A DNA stretch of 64,000 bases from Eledone cirrhosa (Eukaryota): positions 48,112,001 to 48,176,000 of the forward strand of contig OZ024748.1 in assembly GCA_964016885.1 (NCBI GenBank), in the 5' to 3' direction. Positions 14,576-25,489 of this stretch are shown piece after piece. The notes below the pieces were generated by a model. The model searched no databases and was not told where the DNA came from. It saw only the letters and a list, made by a program, of their open reading frames with translations. Position 1 is the first letter of the stretch, and every line of letters starts with the position of its first letter. A program made the translations under genes and the position numbers.

Positions 14576-14921
14576 ATGGAAGAAAACGCACGTGTTATGG
14601 AATCGCTCTGGTAAGTTTTTGATTTTTTACATATTTAAAACAATTGTGATAGAATAATTCTTATTACAAATGGGATATAAGGCACCAAATAATTCTTATC
14701 ACAAATGGGATATAAGCCTTAGCTCTCAGGAAGTGAGAACCCATAACACCCTGGCATATGGCTCAAATATTTAATTTTGTATTCAAAATTTTATATTCAA
14801 AAAAGAAAATGGTTACAAATGGAAGAAAACCCCTGTGTACACTAAATACAACAGCCAAATAATGGCAATTTTACCACCACCAATCAATCCCAGCACAATA
14901 ATAATAATTATTATTGTATGC

Positions 14922-15112
14922 CGAGGTGAATTGGCAGTATCGGTAGAGGGTCGGACGCAATGCTTTCCAGCATAGTTATGTCCCTTTACGATCTGAGTTC
15001 AAATCCCGCCGAGGTTGACTTTGCCTTTCATCCTTACGGGGTCGATAAAATAAAGTACCAGTAATGCACTGGGTAATTGCTGGCCTTGTGCCAAAAGTAG
15101 AAACAATTATTA
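14922..15112 (+). mobile_element. tRNA-derived SINE family A
   Basis: A/B boxes, central domain and ACAATTATTATT tail. Confidence 0.88.
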
Positions 15113-15299
15113 TTGTATCTCAAGTTTCCTGAAAATGTTTAGTTGAAATATTAAGGAAAGATGTGAACATATTAAAGATAGGCAAGAAACCACATAGCTA
15201 CTGCTAACAAAAATACCAAACAAACAACAATACATTGCAGTGGCTACAACATTTAGCCAGAGACAAACCAACAGCGGCAACAACACCATTACTACAGTA

Positions 15300-16008
15300 C
15301 CACTACCCCATCACCACCGCCACCACCACTCCATCATTGCTACCATCACTATTACCCCCCCCCCCCCCCCCACTACCTTCTGTTAACTTAAGAAAAGTTG
15401 ATGGTGGTGATGGTGTTGATGATGGTGGTGATGGTGATGATGATGGTGGTGATGGTGGTGATGATGGTGGTGGTGGTGGTGGTGGTGGTGGTGGTGATGG
15501 GGGTGATGGTGGTGATGATGGGGGTGATAATGGGGGTGATGGTGGTGGTGATGGGGGTGAAGGTGGTAATGATGGTGTTGATGATGTTGGTGATGATGGG
15601 GGGGTGATGATGATGGGGGGAAGGTGGTGATGATGGTGTTGATGATGGTAGTTATGATGGTGGTGATGATGATGGTGGTGATGATGGTGGTGATGGTGGT
15701 GGTGATGGGGGTGAAGGTGGTAATGATGGTGTTGATGATGTTGGTGATGATGGGGGGTGATGATGATGGGGGGAAGGTGGTGATGATGGTGTTGATGATG
15801 GTAGTTATGATGGTGGTGATGATGATGGTGGTGATGATGGTGGTGATGGTGGTGGTGATGGGGGGGGGTGTAAATGATGGTGGTGATGATGGTGGTGATG
15901 ATGGTGTTGATGATAGTAGTTATGATGGTGGTGGTGGTGATGATGATGATGATGATGATGGTGGTGATGATGGTGGTGATGATGGTGGTAATGATGATGG
16001 TGGTGAAG
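15300..16008. repeat. (GGT/GAT)n compound microsatellite with an internal ~150-bp duplication
   Basis: Direct inspection. Confidence 0.9.
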
Positions 16009-16242
16009 GTGTGTGGCTTAGTTGTTAAAGTGTTGAGCTTATGATCATAGACATACAGTTGTTTGTTGCTCCAGTCCAATCAGCTGCAAACAATTAGTTG
16101 TAACAGTAATTCAAAGAACAAACCTTGTTACGCACTGTGTCATGCTGAATCTCCCTGAGAATTACATTAAAGTTACATGTGCCTGTTTAATTTCATGAGC
16201 AGGCTGCTCCATTGATTGAACAACTGGAACACTCATCTAAAC
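16008..16242 (+). mobile_element. Diverged tRNA/CORE-type SINE interrupted by a hAT MITE
   Basis: Head GGTGTGTGGCTTAGTTGTTAAAGTG and CORE-like TTGCTCCAGTCCAATCAGCTG. The 3' end appears to continue after 17754 into (AAC)n. Confidence 0.5.
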
Positions 16243-16253
16243 CAGGCATGCCA

Positions 16254-16925
16254 AACATGCAGCCCTTTACAAACATGCCTGCAGCCCTTTACAAGAACAC
16301 CTGCAGCCCTTTACAAACATGCCTGCAGCCCTTTACAAGAACACCTGCAGCCCTTTACAAACATGCCTGCAGCCCTTTACAAGAACACCTGCAGCCCTTT
16401 ACAAACATGCCTGCAGCCCTTTACAAGAACACCTGCAGCCCTTTACAAACATGCCTGCAGCCCTTTACAAGAACACCTGCAGCCCTTTACAAACATGCCT
16501 GCAGCCCTTTACAAGAACACCTGCAGCCCTTTACAAACATGCCTGCAGCCCTTTACAAGAACACCTGCAGCCCTTTACAAACATGCCTGCAGCCCTTTAC
16601 AAGAACACCTGCAGCCCTTTACAAACATGCCTGCAGCCCTTTACAAGAACACCTGCAGCCCTTTACAAACATGCCTGCAGCCCTTTACAAGAACACCTGC
16701 AGCCCTTTACAAACATGCCTGCAGCCCTTTACAAGAACACCTGCAGCCCTTTACAAACATGCCTGCAGCCCTTTACAAGAACACCTGCAGCCCTTTATAA
16801 ACATGCCTGCAGCCCTTTACAAGAACACCTGCAGCCCTTTACAAACATGCCTGCAGCCCTTTACAAGAACACCTGCAGCCCTTTACAAGCACACCTGCAG
16901 CCCTTTACAAGCACGCCTGCAGCCC
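16254..16925. repeat. 44-bp dimeric (22+22) minisatellite
   Basis: Alternating CCTGCAGCCCTTTACAAACATG / CCTGCAGCCCTTTACAAGAACA. Confidence 0.97.
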
Positions 16926-16998
16926 GCACAAAGATTTTTACAGTGCAAGCATAATATAAAATAAAAGAATATTAGTTGTATTGTACACAATTAGTTGT

Positions 16999-17715
16999 CA
17001 TGTGTGGCCCTCAGACAACACATATGTGACCCATGTGGCCCTCAGACAACACATGTGTGATCCATGTGGCCCTCAGACAACACATGTGTGATCCATGTGG
17101 CCCTCAGACAACACATATGTGATCCATGTGGCCCTCAGACAACACATGTGTGATCCATGTGGCCCTCAGACAACACATGTGTGATCCATGTGGCCCTCAG
17201 ACAACACATGTGTGATCCATGTGGCCCTCAGACAACACATATGTGATCCATGTGGCCCTCAGACAACACATGTGTGATCCATGTGGCCCTCAGACAACAC
17301 ATGTGTGATCCATGTGGCCCTCAGACAACACATATGTGATCCATGTGGCCCTCAGACAACACATGTGTGATCCATGTGGCCCTCAGACAACACATGTGAC
17401 TCATGTGGCCCTCAGACAACACATATGTGACCCATGTTGCCCTCAGACAACACATTTGATCCATGTGGCCCTCAGACAACACATATGTGACCCATGTGGC
17501 CCTCAGACAACACATTTGATCCATGTGGACCTCAGACAACACATGTGACTCATGTGGCCCTCAGACAACACATTTGTGACCCATGTGGCCCTCAGACAAC
17601 ACATATGGGACCCATGTGGCCCTCAGACAACACATATGGGACCCATGTGGCCCTCAGACAACACATTTGTGACCCATGTGGCCCTCAGACAAAACATATA
17701 TGACCCATGTGGCCC
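16999..17715. repeat. 31-bp minisatellite CCATGTGGCCCTCAGACAACACATRTGTGAT
   Basis: About 23 tandem copies. Confidence 0.97.
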
Positions 17716-17928
17716 CTCGGGTGATCCTCAGTTTGACAAGCCCCTGATCTAAGCCCCCCAGAAGTCCAACAACAATAACAATAACAATAGGAATAACAAT
17801 AACAACAGCAACAATATCAACAACTACAACAATAATAAAATAGATTAAAAAATTAATATCACTAAGATGAAATTCTTTTTTTTTTTAATGCAAATATCTG
17901 AATAGAAATGTCAGAATTGTTAACTTAC

Positions 17929-18110
17929 GAAAACATATTGATAGTCTGGAGTATATGTTGTACATGTTTGAAAATGGCTGCACAATGAAATCTGGACTGA
18001 TCTGGTTTAACTTGAATAGTTCACAGGAAATAAGAATACAATCAACATTTTTATATACAATCTAATCTTTATTGGATCTTTATTGTCACAGAGTTTAATC
18101 ATCCACAGCA
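17929..18110 (-). pseudogene. Possible decayed PAN-like exon
   Basis: GTAAGTT donor at 17922-17928. IKLCDNKDP, then after a frameshift, IVYKNVDCILISCELFKLNQISPDFIVQPFSNMYNIYSRLSICF, resembling the second half of a PAN domain. No good acceptor. Confidence 0.3.
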
Positions 18111-18645
18111 TCAACACCACCACCACCACCACCACCACCAACACCACCAACACTATACCACCACCACTACCAGCACCAGCACCAGCACCAACACCACCAA
18201 CACCACCAACACCACCATCAACACCGCCATCACCACCACCACAACCACTGCCACCACCACCACCACCACCAGCACCAGCACCAGCACCAACACCACCAAC
18301 ACCACCATCAACACCACCATCAACACCGCCATCACCACCACCACCACAACCACTGCCACCACCATCACCACCACCACTGCCACCATCAACACCACTACCA
18401 CCACCATCAACATCACCGACCGTCACCACTACCAACACCACCACCACCACCACCACAACCACCACAACTACCACCATCAACACCACCACCACCACCACCA
18501 CTACTTCCACCACCACCACCACTGCCACCATCACCACCACTACCACCACTACCAACACCACCACTCCCACTACCACCATCAACACCACCACCACCACCAC
18601 CACCAATACCACCACCACCATCAACACCACTGCCAACACCACCAA
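18110..18645. repeat. (ACC)n compound microsatellite
   Basis: Direct inspection. Confidence 0.9.
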
Positions 18646-18851
18646 TATTATATATGAAAATTGAGAAAAAACTCTAATTATGGAAGTATAAACAAGATAG
18701 ACAAAAATGTATTCACTTATATATAAATCTCTCTACCATGGTTTCATACCAGGAAGAATTCTTATTGGAACCACCAATAATTGAAGAACCTGCTATACTC
18801 TTCAGCGAAGTTTAATTGTTCAAGAAGAGCTAAGAGAAAAGGAACAAGATA

Positions 18852-19040
18852 TAATTGTTTCTACTTTAGGCACAAGGCCAGCAATTACCCAGTGCATTAC
18901 TGGTACTTTATTTTATCGACCCCGTAAGGATGAAAGGCAAAGTCAACCTCGGCGGGATTTGAACTCAGATCGTAAAGGGACGTAACTATGCTGGAAAGCA
19001 TGGCATCCGACCCTCTACTGATACTGCCAATCCACCGCCC
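18852..19040 (-). mobile_element. tRNA-derived SINE family A
   Basis: Close match to other family A copies; flanked by a CAAGATATAAT direct repeat (probable TSD). Confidence 0.88.
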
Positions 19041-19914
19041 AAGATATAATACAAACTGTTTCCTTTATTGAGGCAACATTGTGGAATAAAAACATTCGTA
19101 GTGTTTCGTTATCAAAATCTCATAGCATATTAGAACTATTTGAGAGGCTTATAATGTCACTAGAATTAACAGCCAAAAGACCGCCTGGTACAGCTCAACA
19201 AATTAAGAGTATGGTGGATTCTTCAATTATTAGTAGTTCCAATATGAATTCTTCCTCATATGAAACTATGGTAGGGAGATCTATAGTGATTATTTGTATG
19301 GTTGAGGTGGTGAATTGATTGTGTTGTGGTGTTGATTCATTTGTTGCATGTGTGCTCACTTATAGCTTGCTGTGGTGTGGTCACTATTGTGTGATACAGT
19401 GTGACCAGAGGTTGCATGTGTCTAGTTAAGTGAGGAAGTGTTCAATAAGATGATGATGATATGATAGTTCCTTGATCACACAGAAAATGAATATATATAA
19501 ATGAACCACAATAACACCAAACCCCTATATTATTAATTTATTGAAAATAGCTCACGCTGAAGCTATGCGAAAAATGCACAAGAATTATGTACTTTATTTG
19601 TTTGTTTGTAAAAGTAGAGTTGATCTAAGACAGGCTATTTATATCTGTCACTTCCCCTATTCCCTGGTTGTCCACTTTCAGACTTGTTTATATCTGAAAG
19701 GAAATAACTCAGAAAATGACCGTTAAATGTCATCCAGGGGTGACATTTAACAATGCGGACAGATTTTGCTACAGATCTGCATATAGGTAAGTTTAGATAG
19801 AATATTTTATTCTCTATCTTGTTTATACTCGCATGATTAGAGTTTTTTCTCACTTAATTTTAATATATAACACACACACACACACATATATATATACATA
19901 TATATATATATATA

Positions 19915-22030
19915 TTGTTATACTTTGGGAGGGTCATGTTGCCAATAAGAAACACATGCACCAGTTGCTTTCACTTCAATTTATTATAATAAATTTATAA
20001 ATTTAGGAATTTATAAATTTCCGGTTGGTTGGTTGGTTGGTTCCACAACCAGATGTTTGTTTATATATTGTCAAAGTTCTTTCGTCACACATTCTGTGAC
20101 CTCTTCAGTGACTGGGGGTTCTTTTCTTTGTTTTTTGTGCCTCTCCTTTGTTCTGTCCTATGCCATCTTGTTTTTGTGTGTGTGTGTTGTGTGCTTAGTT
20201 TGCGCATGTGTTACATCCGGGTGTCTGTGTGTGTTTATATTCGTTTATTTATTTGTTTATTTACATGTTACTGGTTGGTTGTTTGTTCTATGTGCGTGTG
20301 TGTTTTCATTTTGTCCTTAATTGTAAATTGTGATGTTGCTGTTCCACTCATGTTTTCTATTTTATTTTGGTTGTAATTCATTTATGTTTATTGCCTCTGT
20401 GATTTGTCTAAACATTGCGTCTTTTCTGTGTGTAGATTCTATTTTTATTTCTATGTTCTCTAATTTACCCTTATGTTCTATTTTAGCATGTTGGTAGAGT
20501 ACAGATGATTCTTTACTATCTTGAAGGTCTCACCAGTGTTCATTTATCCGTTCCCCTATACTACGAGCTGTCTCACCTATGTACACTATATTTTTATCTC
20601 TACATTGTCCTTCAGTACATCTTATGCTATATACTACATTTCTAGTTTTACAGTTAATATGGGGGCTTAATTTACAGATTATACATTTCTTATCTATACA
20701 GGGAGGTCTTTGAAAAGGGTATGTCTTGCTAATAAGTGTTTTTATGGAGGTACCTGGTCTTTCTACTATCTTAATATTGAGTTTATGTTTATCTAGGGCC
20801 CTTCTAAATTTGTAAGCTAATTCACCTCTAGGGGTTGTATCGATGAACATTACACTCTGGTATTTATTGCTATCATACCATGAATTTATTCTATTAGCCT
20901 TATTCCTAGTTCTTTCTATTCTATTCTAAAATTTGCTCCTATACAAGGGGCAGGTCCCATTTGTGTCATTATTTCCCATTTTTTCCCATTTGGTTCTGGC
21001 TCCTCTATACAGTCTGATTTTATCTCTCTGATTGTAACCAGAGAACTGCATACGGTGGATGAAGTGTTGTATGTGTCTCTCTAGTTCTTCGGGGTTGCAC
21101 ATGCGGGACACGTTTCTCATCACCCGTACCAAATCCGCAATCAGTATGTTGATTTTGGTATGGTCCGAAACAGCTGAGTTTCGGTGGATCAGATATTTGG
21201 AAGTCATGGGATTGGCATAATGGGAATGGAGGATTTGTTTTTTGTTATTAATGGTATCTAACCAGAGCTATGTGTCTAGTACAGGTAATCGATGGTTGGG
21301 GTGTTTGCTTGGGTAGTCTATAGTAACTCTAATACTCTGGTGGATGGAGTTAGCTATTTGCTGGATGCTTTCCATTGTGTTTTTCTCTAATTCCTGACTG
21401 TTCTCTAGTGGGGGTGTTTTAACTACGATGTTTATATCATCAACGTAGTGGGAGTACATTATCAGGGTTAAGGGGTCTTCTAATTGTTCTTTAAGTTTAA
21501 GTTTAAGTCTACTGTCCCACCATACCATGAATAAGTTAGCTATGTCACCTGCAATGCTAACACCAATGGCTGCTCCCTCCTCTTGGGCATATGTTTTTCC
21601 ATTAAATTTGAACATATGTTCCTTAAGGGTTAATTTTATACTGGCCCCCACCGCATGTGCAATCATTTTCTTTAGTTCATCATGGTTTTCGGGGGTCCGT
21701 ATGGCTCTGGTCCACCCGTTCCATCTATCTGTGTGGGTTTTCTTGGCCATTGAGCTAATGGTAGGTGGTCTGCCTCTTGCTGGTCTTGTAGGGCACAGGT
21801 TGCTAAGGTCATATGTGTCTAGATAATTATTACTATAGGTAAGTTTAAGTAGGAGTCCCAGCTCACTGGTATCAATCCCACGGAATTCAACATTGCTCTC
21901 ACTGATCATATCTACGTTTTTCTCCACAGCAAAATCCACGTCAATAGATGGATACAGGGACACAACATCCATACTACCTATTATGCAGTTTGTTAGGTCC
22001 CTAAATTTGGTAGACAGAAATTCTGTAAAA
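19915..22030 (-). mobile_element. Penelope-like element, 5'-truncated (RT + GIY-YIG + pseudo-LTR)
   Basis: RT motifs SMDVVSLYPSI, QEEGAAIG and YVDD; GIY-YIG domain CKTRNVVYSIRC..YIGETARSIGERINEH; a few stops; (TA)n at both ends; hammerhead motif in the 3' pseudo-LTR. Confidence 0.92.
20070..20112 (-). ncRNA. Minimal type-I hammerhead ribozyme in Penelope pseudo-LTR
   Basis: GUCA-CUGAAGA-G-GUCACA(GAAUG)UGUGAC-GAAA-GAAC-UU-UGAC: stem I GUCA/UGAC, core, 6-bp stem II, tiny stem III. Confidence 0.72.
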
Positions 22031-22087
22031 GCCCAGTATATATATATATTTAAGTAAGTATGTTTTGAAACAGCGAGCAAGTTTGAA

Positions 22088-22381
22088 ATTAGAAAATAGA
22101 AGCTTTCACAGTATTTTTTGACTAAAAAAATTTTAGCCTGATAGTGGGGTTTAGAACCCTCAGAGAAATGGGAAAAGATGAGTACTGACATACATGGGAG
22201 TCGAAACCACATCTTTACAATGTGTAATGGTAGCACAGTGGTCTGGATAACCAAAGATGTGGGTTCGACTCCCATGTACGTTAATACTCATCTTTTCCCA
22301 TTTCTCTGAGGGTTCTAAACCCCACTATCAGGCTAAAATTTCTTTAGTCAAAAAATATGGTGGAAACTTCTATTTTCTAAT
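22088..22381. repeat. Fold-back (about 130-bp inverted arms) built from a tRNA-derived element
   Basis: Arms 22088-22216 and 22253-22381. The spacer and right arm carry A box TAGCACAGTGG and B box GGTTCGACTC. (TA)n flanks. Confidence 0.85.
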
Positions 22382-22769
22382 ATATATATTTCTTAAATTG
22401 GCAGAAGGTGATCTCTAACATACACTTGATAGGTTTGATGCTGAACGCTGCATGGTTGGAATGAAAATTAGTGCCGTGATGACTGTATGAGTATATTATT
22501 TTTAACATGCAAACACAGACACACTTACAGAAATACACACTCACACACACATTCACACAAACACACACATACATTCACACAAATACACACAAACATACAT
22601 TTACACAAATACATACATACATTCACAAACAGTGTAGCAAATGGAACACCAGCCGCTATTTTGCTGCAGTTTTTTCACCATCCCCTTCCTTCCTTTAACA
22701 CACACATACATTCACACACGCACATTGTGTGATGGAGGGAAGTCGCTTAAATTTATATATAGATTGTAA

Positions 22770-24760
22770 AGACAGAAAGAGGGTGGCATACGCCCCATTG
22801 CTGTGGGCAATGTCTTCCGGAGGCTGGCTGCCAAGGTGATCTGCAAGTCCGTCACACATGAACTGGGTGAGGAGTTTAGTCCGGTGCAACTGGGTGTCGG
22901 CGTGTCCGGTGGCTGTGAGGGAGCCTCTCATGCAATCAGGCAGTTCTTCAGCAGCTGCCCATTGGTACCGGCATCCAGGGACTCCAGGCACCTCATTGTC
23001 AAGCTTGACATGAGGAATGCCTTTAACTCTTTACACCGGAATCATCTGCTCGAGGCCTGCCTCAGCCGAGACCCCTCTGCCTACCTGTCATATGGAGCCC
23101 CGACAATGTTCCTAGCTGCTGATACGGTCATACCCTCGGCTACTGGGGTCCAACAGGGCGACGCTTTGGGACCCCTCCTGTTCGACCTTGGTATTGACCA
23201 CATCGCCTGGAGTATCACGGCCCCTCTCAACGTTTGGTATCTGGATGATGCTACGTTGGGCGGGCCCGTACAAACGGTCTGCCAAGACCTTCAATCGGTG
23301 GTTCCTGCCCTGGTGGGAATCAGCCTCCAGGTCAACTCGGCCAAGTCGGAGGTGGTGAACGTCAGCCTCGATGCTGTGAGCTTTGCAGCCTCCGTCTTGG
23401 ACGTGCGGTCCATTCTCCGCCAGGTTCAGGTGACCCCCAAAGCGGGTGTCCTCATCCTCGGGTCACCGATCCACCCGCCGCTCATCCGCTCCACTATCAG
23501 GTCCAGGCTTCAACAGCTCCAGATTCTCACGAGCCGACTGGGTTTGATTGACGGCCACCCAGCTCTCTTTCTGCTGATGAACTGCTTCGCCATGCCGAAG
23601 CTCCTCTATATACTCCGCAGCGCTCCATGCTACACCCAGACATCTCTCCTCGCTGATCTCGATACTTGTATCCGAGCAGCAGCCAAGGGGATATGCAATG
23701 ACAAGTTTGACGACATAGGGTGGCAACAGGCCACTTTACCGGTCAGGTATGGTGGCCTAGGCCTCCGGTCTCCGATCTCACTAGCTTTGCCAGCGTATCT
23801 TTCGTCGGTAACCTCGTGCCGCGTCCTCGTCAGCAGGGTTCTTCAAAATACAACAGAACCCTCTGTGTTCAGAGAACGTGAGGCCGCCTGTGAGACGTGG
23901 GACCGGCTGGGACTTAGCCCAGTAGACGTCCCTCTTCCTTCTCCCCCTGTTGACGTCAAGTCCCGTCAACGCACTTGGGATGCCATCCAGTGCAGCCTGG
24001 CCTCAGACAGGCTCACACGCCAGCTCGACCAGCACCACCTTGCTTGTTTTCGTGCGGCCTCCAAACACCACAGTGGTGCCTGGCTCCATGCTCTGCCCTC
24101 CTTCTCCACTGGCACACAGCTAGACAACCATAGCCTGCGAATCGGCATTTCCCTGAGGCTCGGCCTCCGGATCTACCAGCCACACCAATGTCGCTGCGGT
24201 TCCACCGTGGACTCTTTCGGCCTCCACCCGCTTTCCTGTCGCCACAGTGCCGGCTCATTCCACGCCATACTGCCCTCAACGAGGTCATTAAGCATGGCTT
24301 GGATGCTGCAGGCTTCCCTTCCCAGCTCGAGCCGGTGGGGATGGATCAAGGGGATGGCAAAAGGGCAGATGGCATGACCATCTTCCCGTTCCGCGGTGGC
24401 AAACCCCTCGTCTGGGATGCCACTTGCACCAACACTTTCTGCAGCCGCAACCTGGTGCAGTCTACGACTGACCCAGGTTCTGCTGCACGTCGGGCTGAGG
24501 GGGCCAAACTCCTCAAATACCGGTCGCTCTCTGATAGGTTTGCGGTCGTTCCCCTGGCAGTGGAAACTTCTGGTGTCCTCGGCCCCAGGACTACCTCGTT
24601 ACTCACCACCATAGGCGCTGAGCTGGCCAGCCATAGGTGTGAGCCCCGCGAGTTGGAGTGGCTTTTCCAGCGCGTCTCCCTTGCTGTCCTCCGGGGAAAC
24701 GCCTTCTCCATTCTGTTCGCTGGGGCTGTGGGTGGGCCCCATCGCGTACCATTACATTAG
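22770..24760 (+). mobile_element. CRE-clade-like non-LTR retrotransposon (RT + restriction-like endonuclease), 5'-truncated
   Basis: GGIRPIAVG, KLDMRNAFN, GVQQGDALGPLLF and WYLDD; CRCG..HPLSC zinc knuckle, RH, RADG, WDAT and K..KY. One frameshift near 24250. Markedly GC-rich. Confidence 0.85.
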
Positions 24761-25014
24761 TTAAATACCATTCTTTCACTTTATTTTATCGACCCCCGTA
24801 AGGATGAAAGGCAAAGTCAACCTCGAGTGACATATGGCACATGAACTGAGGGTCTGCTGTGTGAAGGGTTCGGCACAGCTAATGGACTTGTGACTCTGCA
24901 GTGAAGAGGGTTTGGTGTGGCCAACTGGCCTGTCTCTCCTCATTTAGCAGCACCACCCAGTTCCAGGCTCCTGGACTATGGTTCTACTGTGAGATGGTGA
25001 TGGTAGTAGTAGTA

Positions 25015-25240
25015 GTGTTCTGTTGCCAGTTTCTTCTAGCTCTGACTATAAGGTCGCTAACTACTAAGTTATGTTGGGCGGTACATTCTTCACTGGGAGG
25101 GATTTTGTGTTCCTAGCCGGCACTCTGTCTTGACTTCTAACGAGAATGAAATTGATTTGGTTGACGTAATCTATAGGTGATTAAGTGGTTGTTTTGTTAC
25201 AGATAGATAAGTCTTTTGCACCACAGATTTTTCAAGAACC
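25015..25240 (-). mobile_element. Decayed RTE LINE endonuclease fragment
   Basis: Reverse complement aligns with ~27275-27520 (NHLITYR..EECT.QH.L.VSDLIVR). Confidence 0.7.
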
Positions 25241-25489
25241 TGAAGCATGATAATGATCATGACAATGATAATAATGATGACAATGATGACAATGATGATA
25301 TATTGTGTAGCTATTGGGCATCAATACAATGCATTTTTTCATCCGAATATATTTTTTGTCTGTTTAAAAGGCAGTAAATTCTGATTAGTTCCGTATCAAT
25401 AATTGCTATCAATTATAGCTGAAAGAGATTATAAACGTATGAATAACTTCAATTAAATTGATCTGCTTCTTTTATGTTGACCAGTATCA

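Larger units (their letters stand above)
16243..17746. mobile_element. hAT (Charlie-like) MITE expanded by two internal minisatellites
   Basis: TIRs CAGGCATGCCAAAC / GTTTGACAAGCCCCTG; 8-bp TSD ATCTAAAC / ATCTAAGC. Confidence 0.78.

Noticed and set aside
16212-16964. Cys/His-rich repeat ORFs in all three frames
   Set aside because: Translation of the 44-bp minisatellite inside a MITE.
22030-22275. N-terminal 80 aa of ORF 21268-22275 as part of the Penelope RT
   Set aside because: It reads through the (TA)n junction into the unrelated fold-back element; a chance in-frame fusion.
22225-22276. tRNA gene
   Set aside because: A and B boxes are present but there is no complete cloverleaf; treated as a SINE-type head. 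The same applies to the SINE A and B heads.
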